The notes below the pieces were generated by a model. It did no database searches. It was not told the origin of the DNA and saw only the letters and a program-made list of their open reading frames with translations. A stretch of 64,000 nt of DNA from contig CAVRFW010000009.1 of NCBI GenBank assembly GCA_963720565.1, positions 1 through 64,000 on the forward strand, written 5' to 3'. This document shows positions 49,799 through 59,774 of the stretch, in pieces. This DNA comes from Candidatus Bathyarchaeota archaeon. Lineage in GTDB: Archaea; Thermoproteota; Bathyarchaeia; Bathyarchaeales; Bathycorpusculaceae. Each line of letters begins with the position of its first letter. Position 1 is the first letter of the stretch. The position numbers were made by a program, and so were the translations under genes.

Positions 49799-50611
49799 CT
49801 ATAGAAACACAAGTAACCCCAGAAAAAGACTTGCTGCTGTGCCGAATAGGAAATCGCGTAGTCTGAATGTGGGAATAGGAGATTTGACAATGTGATCCAC
49901 TCCAAATCCCCTCGACTTCATCGCCAAATAAACTCTTTCTGACCTTTCATAAGTTCGAATGAACAGAGTCGCAAGCAACGCGCCAGAACGTTTGAGGCTT
50001 TCCAGACTTGCCGTGCGTCTATTCACGTAGGTTCGAGCTTCCTTGGCTAGCAGAACCTTTTGAAGTTCATGAATCGACACAAAGAAGTAACGGTAGGTCA
50101 AGCTAAACAGCTGAATCACAATTGAAGGAACCCTGATAGTAGCAAGTAATCTCAGTATCGCGTTAAAGCCTGTTGAAAGTGTAAACAAAGTTAAAGATGT
50201 CACACAGAACCAAACGCGAACGGAAAAAACCAGACATCTCTGCAATCCCTCAAACGTGATTGACAATGTGAACAATCCTATGTCAGCGCTGAGAACAGGA
50301 CTGCCCGAAGTTACAAACAGCATTGGCAGCGAGATTACAACAGCAAACACGGGAATCAAAAAAGCCCTCGTCAGAAAGCTCCTCAAGGGAATCTTGGAAA
50401 CTAGAGCTAAAACTACCGGAATAATGCAGAGAATAACCAAGTAAGGAAGCCACACTATAAACAGTGCCATGACTATCATAAAAACTGTCACAACCAGTTT
50501 AACCAGAGGATTGAGAGACTGCAAAAAGCCCTTGTTGCTGCTTAGGTCTTCAACGCAAACTAATGTTTCAGCAGATGACACAAGGTCTTTTAATGAGGTT
50601 GACAATTTCAT
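49799..50611 (-). CDS. cbiQ: ECF transporter T component (CbiQ/NikQ)
   Basis: LTYRYF, EAR and RSERVYLAMKSRG motifs. Confidence 0.9.
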   Translation of the reverse strand: MKLSTSLKDLVSSAETLVCVEDLSSNKGFLQSLNPLVKLVVTVFMIVMALFIVWLPYLVILCIIPVVLALVSKIPLRSFLTRAFLIPVFAVVISLPMLFVTSGSPVLSADIGLFTLSITFEGLQRCLVFSVRVWFCVTSLTLFTLSTGFNAILRLLATIRVPSIVIQLFSLTYRYFFVSIHELQKVLLAKEARTYVNRRTASLESLKRSGALLATLFIRTYERSERVYLAMKSRGFGVDHIVKSPIPTFRLRDFLFGTAASLFLGLLVFL

Positions 50612-50615
50612 CCTG

Positions 50616-50927
50616 TCAACTGTCCTGTCCTTTCTTCTTAAGCAGATTAGCAACAACTAGCGTGACCGTGAAGATCAATAACATCGAAGCAATACCCAGG
50701 AGAACGCTACCCCACACGCTGTCAAATCCTGGAATCGTGTATTCGGGGAACGGCGCCTCCAAAATGCTCTCTCCAGAGACTCCGAGTCTTTCAGCTTGAA
50801 CATCCAGAGTTTCTAACGCATAAGAAAATACAAAGTTGCCGATAACAACAAACACTGCTGCCACTGCAAGGCCTACAGCCACTGTTTTTCGATTAAGACT
50901 TTTTACGAAATCCCCCTTAGCTTTCAT
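50616..50927 (-). CDS. ECF accessory protein (NikN/PDGLE-like)
   Basis: Two TM, ETLDVQAE, APFPEYTIPG. Confidence 0.8.
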   Translation of the reverse strand: MKAKGDFVKSLNRKTVAVGLAVAAVFVVIGNFVFSYALETLDVQAERLGVSGESILEAPFPEYTIPGFDSVWGSVLLGIASMLLIFTVTLVVANLLKKKGQDS

Positions 50928-50930
50928 GAT

Positions 50931-51626
50931 TTACACACTCCATTGTTCAACTCTTTTAGAAACCTTAAAAAACGGAAGGTCTTTCAAGATAGGACTTTTG
51001 CTCAAGACATCAGGTCTCAATTTCAGGAGCGTTGCTATCAAAACCACGGTTACTATGCCTTCAATCACACCAATTACAGAATGATTAATCGCCATGGCGG
51101 AAACTGCAATGTTTAGTCCGTAATGAAAAGTCGGAACTGAAAAACCAAGCTCCACACCAGCAAACATAGCGCTGAGAACATCAGATGCAAAAGCTGAGAC
51201 AAAAATCCACGCGAATAGTCCTCTGCCTTTTGTGACCTTGTTGAAGGCTAGAATCAAGAGGGCGGGTACGAAAACGCCGACTACGCCCATGTTAAAGACG
51301 TTGGCGCCTAACGCGGTTATTCCTCCATCGCCGAACAGGAAGCATTGAAGAACGAGAATAATGCTCATTGAAACGCATCCTGCATATGGACCAAGAATTA
51401 TTCCCAGTGACGCGCCCCCCAATAGATGGGCAGTGGTTCCGCCTAATATTGGGTAGTTAATCATCTGCGCGGCGAAGAAGAGAGCAGTAAGCAGACCCAT
51501 TATTGGCACTTGACGCTCATCCAGACTGTTCTTAACTTTCCTGAAGGAGATTATCCAGAAAACAATGGTTGTCGCGAATGCCGCGATGGCGATTGGAAGG
51601 CTCAAGAAGCCGTCTGGTATGTGCAT
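50931..51626 (-). CDS. cbiM: ECF Ni/Co S component (CbiM/NikM)
   Basis: N-terminal MHIPDGFL, GTTAHLLG, GDGGITALGAN. Confidence 0.95.
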   Translation of the reverse strand: MHIPDGFLSLPIAIAAFATTIVFWIISFRKVKNSLDERQVPIMGLLTALFFAAQMINYPILGGTTAHLLGGASLGIILGPYAGCVSMSIILVLQCFLFGDGGITALGANVFNMGVVGVFVPALLILAFNKVTKGRGLFAWIFVSAFASDVLSAMFAGVELGFSVPTFHYGLNIAVSAMAINHSVIGVIEGIVTVVLIATLLKLRPDVLSKSPILKDLPFFKVSKRVEQWSV

Positions 51627-51656
51627 TTCGTTATCGATATCTCCTGCGTTGTTCCG

Positions 51657-51688
51657 AGGTAATACTTTTTTTCAGTATAGTATTACCT
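51657..51688. promoter_or_regulatory. Putative NikR operator
   Basis: Perfect inverted repeat AGGTAATAC-N14-GTATTACCT between the minus-strand TATA (TTTAATA, ~51690-51696) and the cbiM start. Confidence 0.8.
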
Positions 51689-51879
51689 TTATTAAAATCT
51701 TGTTGTCTTGCTCGGCTCTTTTACCCATTAGCGCCCCTTTTTTCCGATTAATCGCAAGGAAAGCGCTCCAGCAGCGACGTCAAATAATTGAAGGTATTAC
51801 GAAGAAGAGAAACGTGTTACTGCACAGCTGAAATAACATAATGCTACGGTGGCAGGACGAGGATCATTTGAACATGTGT

Positions 51880-52665
51880 TTATGTTTTTCTAAATTTTGC
51901 AGCTCGGTTCGCGATCAATGTAGCCATGGCACCTGCAGCTACTCCGCCATCTATGTTAACAACAGCCAGCCCCAATGAACACGATTGAAGCATAGCCATT
52001 AGTGTACTTAATCCTTTTTCTCCGAAACCGTAGCTGTTTGAGGTGGGAACCGCAATTACAGGAACATCAACCATGCCCGCCACAACAGAGGGTAGTGCAC
52101 CTTCTCTTCCGGCGACTGTTACAACTATGTCGACATCTTTCATGATCATTTCTTTTAGAGGTTGCATTAGTCGGTGAATTCCAGCCACGCCCAGATCGTA
52201 TGCTGAATAGACTTCGCAGCCCATCTCTTCCGCAATCACCCGCACTTCTTCAGCAACAGGAATATCCGAAGTTCCCGCGGTCAAGAGCCCAATCCGGCCG
52301 CCGGTTTTCTTAATGACAAAGCCTTTCTTCTTGACAACAGCCATTTTTGCTTTGTCATATACTTTTATTACTGCGTCCTTTGGAACCGCGCTTTTAATGG
52401 CACGCATTTTCCTCCCGTCGCATCGACTAATTATCACTCTTCCGTTCTCTTCCAGCATCTTTAGAGAGATTCCGACAAGATCACTCGTCGATTTACCCTC
52501 AGCGAGAATAATTTCAGGGATGCCCTTTCTGCACTCTCGGTTAGCATCGATCCTCGCCAACTCCCCTACCTCTGCAACCGCGAGCACTCGCACAAGTTTC
52601 TCAGCTTCAGCGAGGGATAGCTCCTTTTTCGCAACCTTTTCCAATATCTCTTTTAGCGTGTACAT
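51880..52665 (-). CDS. larB: Nickel-pincer cofactor biosynthesis protein LarB
   Basis: R..RKGIPE, AGTSDIPVAEE, DLGVAGIHRL, AGREGAL, SCSLG..VVNID. Confidence 0.93.
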   Translation of the reverse strand: MYTLKEILEKVAKKELSLAEAEKLVRVLAVAEVGELARIDANRECRKGIPEIILAEGKSTSDLVGISLKMLEENGRVIISRCDGRKMRAIKSAVPKDAVIKVYDKAKMAVVKKKGFVIKKTGGRIGLLTAGTSDIPVAEEVRVIAEEMGCEVYSAYDLGVAGIHRLMQPLKEMIMKDVDIVVTVAGREGALPSVVAGMVDVPVIAVPTSNSYGFGEKGLSTLMAMLQSCSLGLAVVNIDGGVAAGAMATLIANRAAKFRKT

Positions 52666-52746
52666 TTTCAATTTACTTCTTGAAGACCGCAATTAATATA
52701 TCATTTACGCTTAATTTTTCATATCAAGCGTTTACGTGGAATCTAG

Positions 52747-53997
52747 ATGTCAGAAACTGGTAAAATAGTTTTTATTGATTGCCAAGTAGCCGGGATTTCT
52801 GGAGATATGTTTCTAGGCGCCCTAATAGATTTGGGAGCTGACGTTGGGAAGATCGTTTCTGCCATAAAATCCTTGGAATCTGGGGGCTACGGCTACAAAG
52901 ACATCAAAGTCGACATCAAACATGTCATGAGAAAAGGATTCAAGGCCACCAGAATTGATGTTACAGCGGAAAGCACATCGGAAAAAAATGCAAGGGAACT
53001 CATAGACATCGTAGAAAACACTGCAAAGAAGCTTAAGCTTTCTGAAAAGGCAAGCAAGTTCGCTTCAGATGTTATTCACACACTTGTCGAGTCGGAGACA
53101 AGTCTTCATCGCAAGAATCTGGAGGACGCCCATCTTCACGAAGTAGGTCTAGTCGATACAATCGCAGAAATAATCGGTTCTGCAGTCGCCATGGAAACTC
53201 TGGGACTGATCAACTCCAAAATTTACGCGTCACCTGTTTCTGTGGGCGGAGGTCTTTTCAAGTTTTCACATGGCACAATGTCCAGTCCAGCACCTGCAAC
53301 TCTATCGATATTCGCATCAAAGAATTTTCCGATAAAAGGCGGACCTGTAGAATCAGAACTAGCAACACCAACAGGAGCATCACTTCTGGTGAACTTGACG
53401 CAAGAAGTCAGTCGTTTCTATCCAGAGATGACTCCAAAAAAGGTGGGTTACGGTGCAGGATGCAAGGATTTTGAGGAAATGCCAAACATTCTCCGCATTA
53501 CCGTGGGTGAACCCTTAGATCACTGGCTATTGAAAGATGAGATAGCTATTCTCGAAACCAACCTTGACGATGTTACTGGTGAAATCGTCGGAAACTCGGT
53601 AGACACGTTGCTCCGTGAAGGCGCAAAGGACGTGAGCATAATCCCAATGTTCACAAAGAAGAATAGGCCTGGTCAAATTCTCAAGGTTGTGGCTGACCGA
53701 AAAGACGTTAAACACCTTTCAAGAGTTATTATGGAAGAAACAGGAACGCTGGGTGTAAGGGTGTACCCATGCGAAAGACACATTGTTAATAGAGAAAAAC
53801 TTCTGGTAAACGTGCAAATCGATGAAACCAAAGAGCGCGTCGCAGTGAAAGTTGCCAAAGATAATAGCGGCAAGATTATCCACATCAAACCCGAATACGA
53901 AGATGCAAAGAGAATAGCTGACAGAACAGGCAAACCCCTCAGAGAAATCATCGAGCTGGTGACAATGAAAGCCAGAGAAGTTCTGCTGAAAAAGTGA
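52747..53997 (+). CDS. larC: Nickel-pincer cofactor Ni insertase LarC
   Basis: GISGDMFLGAL, HLHEVG, ELATPTGA, ETNLDD, KKNRPG, ETGTLG, KPEYED. Confidence 0.95.
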   Translation: MSETGKIVFIDCQVAGISGDMFLGALIDLGADVGKIVSAIKSLESGGYGYKDIKVDIKHVMRKGFKATRIDVTAESTSEKNARELIDIVENTAKKLKLSEKASKFASDVIHTLVESETSLHRKNLEDAHLHEVGLVDTIAEIIGSAVAMETLGLINSKIYASPVSVGGGLFKFSHGTMSSPAPATLSIFASKNFPIKGGPVESELATPTGASLLVNLTQEVSRFYPEMTPKKVGYGAGCKDFEEMPNILRITVGEPLDHWLLKDEIAILETNLDDVTGEIVGNSVDTLLREGAKDVSIIPMFTKKNRPGQILKVVADRKDVKHLSRVIMEETGTLGVRVYPCERHIVNREKLLVNVQIDETKERVAVKVAKDNSGKIIHIKPEYEDAKRIADRTGKPLREIIELVTMKAREVLLKK

Positions 53998-54823
53998 TTC
54001 TGATGAAGGTTCAAAACAGGAAACTTGGGGAACTAAAACGCTACATCAGAGAGAAAGGAAAAAACGGCGTTGTAGTAGCCTTCTCAGGAGGAGTCGACAG
54101 TTCAACACTGGCAGCCGTAAGTCACAGTATTCTAGGGGAGAAAGCAGTAGCTGTAACCGCAAAATCCCCAACATACACGCCTGAAGAGCTAACGGAAGCA
54201 AAGAAATTGGCAAAAGAAATTGGAATCCGACTGTATATCGTACACACCGACGAACTTTCAATTGAGAGTTTTTGTGCGAATCCCGAAAATCGTTGCTACT
54301 ACTGCAAACAAGAGCTCTTAAAACGCATTAAAGCAGTGGCGAACGAGCTCGGGTTCGAGACAGTCTTCGAAGGCACAAACTTCAGCGATTTAGCAGACCA
54401 CAGACCAGGCTTCAAAGCTGTTCAGGAAATGAAAAGTGTGCTCAGTCCTTGGGTAGATAACGAGTTCACAAAAGAGGAAATACGCGCACTTGCTGGAAAA
54501 ATAGGGCTCTCTGTCCAAAACAAACCGGCCTTGGCATGTTTGGCATCAAGGATACCTTACAACGAACGAATCACAGTTGTGAAACTGAGAGAATCGCAAG
54601 AGCAGAACGAACAATAAGAAGACTAACAGGTGTAAGGCAAATCAGAGTTAGAGATCACAATGGGCTAGCTAGAATTGAAGTTGGGAAAGACGAGAGAAAA
54701 CTGCTCACATCCGTTGAAATGATGAACAAAATAGTCGCGGGTTTGAAAAGACTCGGCTTCAAATACGTAACCATCGACCTAGAGGGTTACAGAACAGGGA
54801 GTCTACTCCACGCGTTGGAATAA
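53994..54823 (+). CDS. larE: Sulfur transferase LarE (frameshift at ~54586)
   Basis: PP-loop AFSGGVDS, RCYYCK, DHRPG, ACLASR, RVRDH, DLEGYRTGS. Confidence 0.93.
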
Positions 54824-55146
54824 CCAATCTGGATCAAGTATGGACAATATATGGTTGGATTCAGCCAATTAGTTTGGTCATTATTATTTCGTTTATGTAT
54901 TTGCCCAATCTGAAACTTTTTTTTTGGAATTCTGCTACTCAGAATAACACTTCTACCGTATTTGATATTGAACTTCCTTGTAACTTTCCCCTTTTTCGTG
55001 TTAGAACCTCGCCTACTACTGTCAAGGATCCGCAAGCGCGCTCGAAACCTGAGGTTGGGCTAGTCAAAGAATAACTCGAGGAACTGACCGAAAAACCGTA
55101 GTTTCATATCTTTCTTTTTTCGGATTGCAGGTGTCTCAGAATACTT

Positions 55147-56406
55147 CTAATATCCTCCCTCTCTCTTAGGTTCAGCTATTCTGAAAACTGTGATAAGCAG
55201 CATCGGAATAGCCAGCGCCATTGTCAGGTAGAATGGTAACTGAGGGGTCAAGTTATAGAACAGGTTTCCCAACAGCATACCTGTTCCAGTAAGTATGTAA
55301 CCGACGAAGTTGACTCCCCCATTGATTTTTCCTCGTTTTTGGGGCTCAACTAGGCATGCAGAAATAGCCATGGCTGAAGACATCATGAGAAGATGCACTA
55401 TGCCCATTAATGCCATTGAAACCATAACGGTGTATATGTTGCCCACGACGAACAGCAGCAACGAAACAACAAGCAGTAATGGCCCAATGGCTAGCGGAAG
55501 TTTCATGCTTACTCTGTCAACTATTTTTCCAATAGGATAAGAAGCCACAATCATAGTTAGAAGCATTGGAATGTAAGCTAGGAACCACTGATCCTGCGCG
55601 ATTCCCAACACATCTCTAGCATACAACGCGTTTATGACGTTTGTCAACGCAAAGGAGAACATGGTTATCACTTGAACTACAAACAGCCAGGAAACGGTTC
55701 GTGGAACGGCCTTCCACACACCCAAGCTTTCTTTGATAGCTTGTGGATAGTATGAGACAAAGTACTTGAACCGCATCTTCTCCGTATTCACGATAGTTTC
55801 CTTAAGTTTCATCCGCCAAAAAGCCGCTGCAATGAACAAGACCATTACGACCATGTAGACAGCTTGCATGCCTCCAATCAAACCGAGGGTAACAACCAGA
55901 ATTCCTCCGATTACAGTTCCAGGTGTGTTGAAGGTGCCGTGAATCATTTGAATAATCGAAGACCCTACTCCCCTATTTTCTGGCGGAAGAGAGTCCTGCA
56001 CCATCGCAAACAGTGCTGGCTGATAAATCAGACAGAGACTCTGTATTATTGTGCCAATTAATATCAGGTGCCACGGTGACGTGAAAGTCCAAAAAGGCGC
56101 AATTGCGAAAAATAGGTAAGACACTGCTAATCCGAAGGTCATTGTCGTGATAAGCCAACGTCGACCGAACTTGTCGGCAAGGAAGCCGCCTGGAACAGCC
56201 ACAAATGCCATGGCAAAATAGTTGGCGAAACCAATTATTCCTAAAGCCAATGGAAACGCGTTTCCGCCCAAAGCATCAACATATTGCTGATAGTAAGGAA
56301 CAGGCATCTCCATTCCTATGTCCATCAGTATCCAACTCACAACGAGAATTAGGTAGTTACCTCCTACGAAAGAAAACTCGCGTTTGAGAAGGCTCCGTAG
56401 TCCCAT
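55147..56406 (-). CDS. MFS transporter
   Basis: GGFLADKFGRR motif A; about 12 TM. Confidence 0.9.
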   Translation of the reverse strand: MGLRSLLKREFSFVGGNYLILVVSWILMDIGMEMPVPYYQQYVDALGGNAFPLALGIIGFANYFAMAFVAVPGGFLADKFGRRWLITTMTFGLAVSYLFFAIAPFWTFTSPWHLILIGTIIQSLCLIYQPALFAMVQDSLPPENRGVGSSIIQMIHGTFNTPGTVIGGILVVTLGLIGGMQAVYMVVMVLFIAAAFWRMKLKETIVNTEKMRFKYFVSYYPQAIKESLGVWKAVPRTVSWLFVVQVITMFSFALTNVINALYARDVLGIAQDQWFLAYIPMLLTMIVASYPIGKIVDRVSMKLPLAIGPLLLVVSLLLFVVGNIYTVMVSMALMGIVHLLMMSSAMAISACLVEPQKRGKINGGVNFVGYILTGTGMLLGNLFYNLTPQLPFYLTMALAIPMLLITVFRIAEPKREGGY

Positions 56407-56567
56407 TTTGTTCTCTCTTTTCTGGAGACATGAGGGACGCCAATTTAAGCCTTGAGTCTTGACCTCTAAGACAAGAAACAAGATGTTTAGCCTAACGCAA
56501 CTATGGCGGACGAAAAACAGCGAGATACTGCGCTCGCTGTAAATAGGTGATTCTTCAGTTTCGTTTC

Positions 56568-57050
56568 TCAACCTTTTTGCATGTACTCAAGAGTTTTCTT
56601 GTATAGGTACTCAAAGTGTTCGCCAAAGGTCTTGTCTTTTCTTTCTTTTCTCATAACTATTATCCAAGGTTGGAGTTTTGTCCAATTTGAAATAATATAC
56701 GCCCCTAGTCGGTCAACAATTACGTCAATGTCCACCAACTTCTTGGAAATCAAGAAGCCAACTTCTTCGAAGAAAGCTTCGACCTGGTATAGGTAATCAT
56801 TGGTCTCGAAATTCTCCTCTACCTCGAGCTTGTACTTTTCTAAACTCTCGAACTGAAAGTCCTTTTCAACCCACCTAAAGGCTTTGCGAAGCTCGTCTTT
56901 TTCTGCCCATTCAAATAGCCTCATGGAAATCTCCAAATCCTTGTGTTTGTCCATGTGTCTAAGTTCGATAATAAAGAATACCGCTGCAGTAATACCTGCC
57001 AAAGCAGAAAGAATAGCTGCTCCCTCAATTATTGTTACCAATGAAACCAC
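56568..57050 (-). CDS. Hypothetical protein with N-terminal TM (DUF4760-like)
   Basis: TM, then FFEEVGFLI..K.VD and W..L.P.I...R...FEYL. Confidence 0.6.
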   Translation of the reverse strand: MVSLVTIIEGAAILSALAGITAAVFFIIELRHMDKHKDLEISMRLFEWAEKDELRKAFRWVEKDFQFESLEKYKLEVEENFETNDYLYQVEAFFEEVGFLISKKLVDIDVIVDRLGAYIISNWTKLQPWIIVMRKERKDKTFGEHFEYLYKKTLEYMQKG

Positions 57051-57234
57051 CTGAATTTGCTTGTTTTCTTGGGCAGGCCCGAATATTTTAGCATTACTGC
57101 TATTTGCCTACACTGCGGATGCTAGTTGGAACATGGTGCTAATCCATTTTGTGAGGCAAGAATCATTGGGTGCTACGATCTCCTCGGCTTTATCTCTCTA
57201 ATTATGCAACATTATTGCGGATATTCTGTTCCGG

Positions 57235-58150
57235 TTAGTGCACTTTCAAGTGCGTGCTCCGAACTCGCGGGTCTCTACTTGCTATTTCAAGTGCTTTGAA
57301 TGCGCTTTTTTCTTTGTCTTTTATCTCCAGCATTATATCGAAATCAAAAGGTTCAGTTTGTTTCAGGAACAGCCTAAAATCTTCTTCGTCAATTGTTTCA
57401 GCATGTTGTCTTGGCAATCCGCCCGGTTCTTGAGAACTGTAGTCTACCATTGGAATACCATCTCGTTTTTCGTTCCACGTTTTTTCAGAAAGTTCAAGAG
57501 CCTTTCTCTTCTATTTGCATCGAGTTGTTGATCTTGTGGTGAAAGGCATCAAAAAGAACCGGAATATGTATCTGCGCACTTATGTTGAGACAATCATTCA
57601 GATTATACATTTTGTCATCATTCTCTATTACTAAGCGTTTCTGCGTTGAACTGTCAAGGTCGTGGAATCTGGATACAAACCTTTCGAGGCTTCTTTTTTT
57701 GTCTTCATAGACTCCGCCGACGTGTATTTGAATTTTTGAAGAAGCATCCAGTTTCATCAAGTCAAATATGTCAGCATGGTACTTGAGTTCCTTTTCACTT
57801 CGTTCAAAGATTTCTTCTCTAATGGAGTTGATTAGGGTAAACTGGTCTGGATGCATCGATACTCGCATTCTGTTTCTGACAATGAATTCGCCGATTCTCT
57901 CAAAATCACCTTTGAAATGTTCTTGCCAGTCAAAATTGTTAATTGGATGCGAAGCAAAGGGAACTATGTCTGAGGTTATTCTAAAGAAAAGTAGATCATG
58001 CTCAACGTTAAATTTGAGTATTCTTTGCAGGCAGATCAAATTGTTCTTAACGGTTTGTTTAATCCGGCTCTCAGAATAGGATTTCAGCCGGAAAGTCCTG
58101 CCTGAGCTGCAACCAACCGTCAGATTGATGCAGGGATAGCCAATTCTCAT
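57235..58150 (-). CDS. uvsE: UV DNA damage endonuclease UvsE/UVDE (frameshift at ~57501)
   Basis: MRIGYPC, FFRITSD, SMHPDQF, IHVGG, IENDD, FDAFHH, HAE, DIMLEIKDKE. Confidence 0.93.
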
Positions 58151-58276
58151 TTTTCCATCGTGCCTCTAACTCGTCTTCATCTACTTTGCTAGTCGCTTCT
58201 ATTGAAGGTTTTAGAAGAAACTGAATTAGTAACTTCTTTCTCCGCCTACCAAAAAAAGATGGGGCTTGATTGCCCC

Positions 58277-58525
58277 TCAGTTTTTCTTTGCTGGTTTTTT
58301 ATAGTTCTTGTAGGCTTCTGCAGCCTTTGCGTCAAGTGGGGTGAGTTCAACAATAACCCATCGCCTTATGAGGACAGTCGTCGTACCGGACTTCACCTTG
58401 CCTGCGATTTTGCCGGCGACCTTTTCTGCATGTTCCTCTTTAGCTCCAGCCTTCTTGACAGAAGCCTTCAGTTTTTCTTTGTCAAAATCTTCAGAGCGCT
58501 TCTTCACTTTCACCAAAGAAATCAC
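58277..58525 (-). CDS. Stand-alone ATP-cone domain protein
   Basis: VKKR..EDFDKEKL..SV.KAG. Confidence 0.75.
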   Translation of the reverse strand: MISLVKVKKRSEDFDKEKLKASVKKAGAKEEHAEKVAGKIAGKVKSGTTTVLIRRWVIVELTPLDAKAAEAYKNYKKPAKKN

Positions 58526-58680
58526 TGTAACTATGTATCTTTCAAGCTAATTTAAGACTTTTCACATGCAACAGTCTGTCCTGCTTTTGCTATCATGAAA
58601 AGAAGACAGGTTGCGTAATCTATTCAAGCTTACCAGAATGACAACGCTTCAAAAAAAGGAAGGAGGAAAGAGCTAAGGGT

Positions 58681-59343
58681 TTACGATTGTCTGTCTTGCG
58701 CTTTGAGGCTTGAGGCGTTTGTTGCGAATCCAGAGGGCAATTCTGGAAAGTTCGCAGTTACTTTTTGTTCAGCTACCGCCGCTGCCTCTGCGAGTATTTT
58801 GGCTGTGTCTTCATTGACATTGTTGAAGTTCATTGTCATTCCAGCTCCTGATCCTGCGTCAAACATTATTCCACTGAGCATGTTGCCGATTTCGCCGAGT
58901 TCACTCTCTGCCTCGGGAATTACTCCCGGGATGCATGAACCAACGGACCTAAGAACGCCTATGGCTGGCGCTAGGTTCGCTACCAAATCGCCGAATTCAG
59001 TGCATGTTCTAAGTCTCAGCATAACTTGATCAAGGGCAAGTCTTGCGTTCATTGTTAGCTTCGCCATTTTGCGTACTTCAGCGAGCTCGTTTGCGTAGAT
59101 GTTTGCGTGGGCTGTGTCATGTTTGGTGTAGGCGTCCACAAGTTTTGAAAAAAGCACTTTGTCTTTCTGGTTGAAGCGTTCGGATGCGCGGTCCATGCTG
59201 GCTAACTGAATCTCCAAGCGCTTAGTTGCGTAGTCCAAGCGAGGTTTTAGAGCTGGGGCTGGACTAATCGACCCCTTCAAGCTATCTGTGAACGAAGTCT
59301 TTTCTTTTTTGCTTTCCCATTTCTTAGCAAAACGTTCAGACAA
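58681..59343 (-). CDS. ESCRT-III/Snf7 (CdvB-like) protein
   Basis: YANELAEVRKM, ALDQVMLRL.T, IPEAESEL, ILAEA..AE, C-terminal FPELP. Confidence 0.85.
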   Translation of the reverse strand: MSERFAKKWESKKEKTSFTDSLKGSISPAPALKPRLDYATKRLEIQLASMDRASERFNQKDKVLFSKLVDAYTKHDTAHANIYANELAEVRKMAKLTMNARLALDQVMLRLRTCTEFGDLVANLAPAIGVLRSVGSCIPGVIPEAESELGEIGNMLSGIMFDAGSGAGMTMNFNNVNEDTAKILAEAAAVAEQKVTANFPELPSGFATNASSLKAQDRQS

Positions 59344-59774
59344 GTTAACATCCTCACGAACGAAAAACTACACACGATGTACTTATGCATTATTAACATG
59401 AGTCAAATACGCAGGTATATACGTTTGAATCTCAGGCTCGAAATTTACCTCAAAAATCATTTTCGTTGGACTTTGCGCACGATTTCATAAACACCTGAAT
59501 GAGCACGCAGCTGTCAGCAAGATTAATGAACGTCGAGATCAAGGTTGAGTTGAGCTGGAAAGGCACAACCTGTCCCAGACACTCAGCCTGCTTCGCCCAT
59601 TACTCCCAGAATGAAGTCGTTGCTCTTGGCGAAAACAGACTATTTTGAGAACAAGGAAGATTGTATGTCTAAAAACGAGCTTGAAACCTTCATCGTACTC
59701 TTGCACATCTATTCATGGCGCTGCAAAGCAAAAGTAGTGAGTACGACAGTGGCAAACTTCGAGTGTAGCTTCTC

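Noticed and set aside
57201..57215. 15-bp inverted match (ATTATGCAACATTAT) to 18969-18983 as element ends
   Set aside because: An AT-rich match of this length can occur by chance in 64 kb, and no recombinase or transposase was seen
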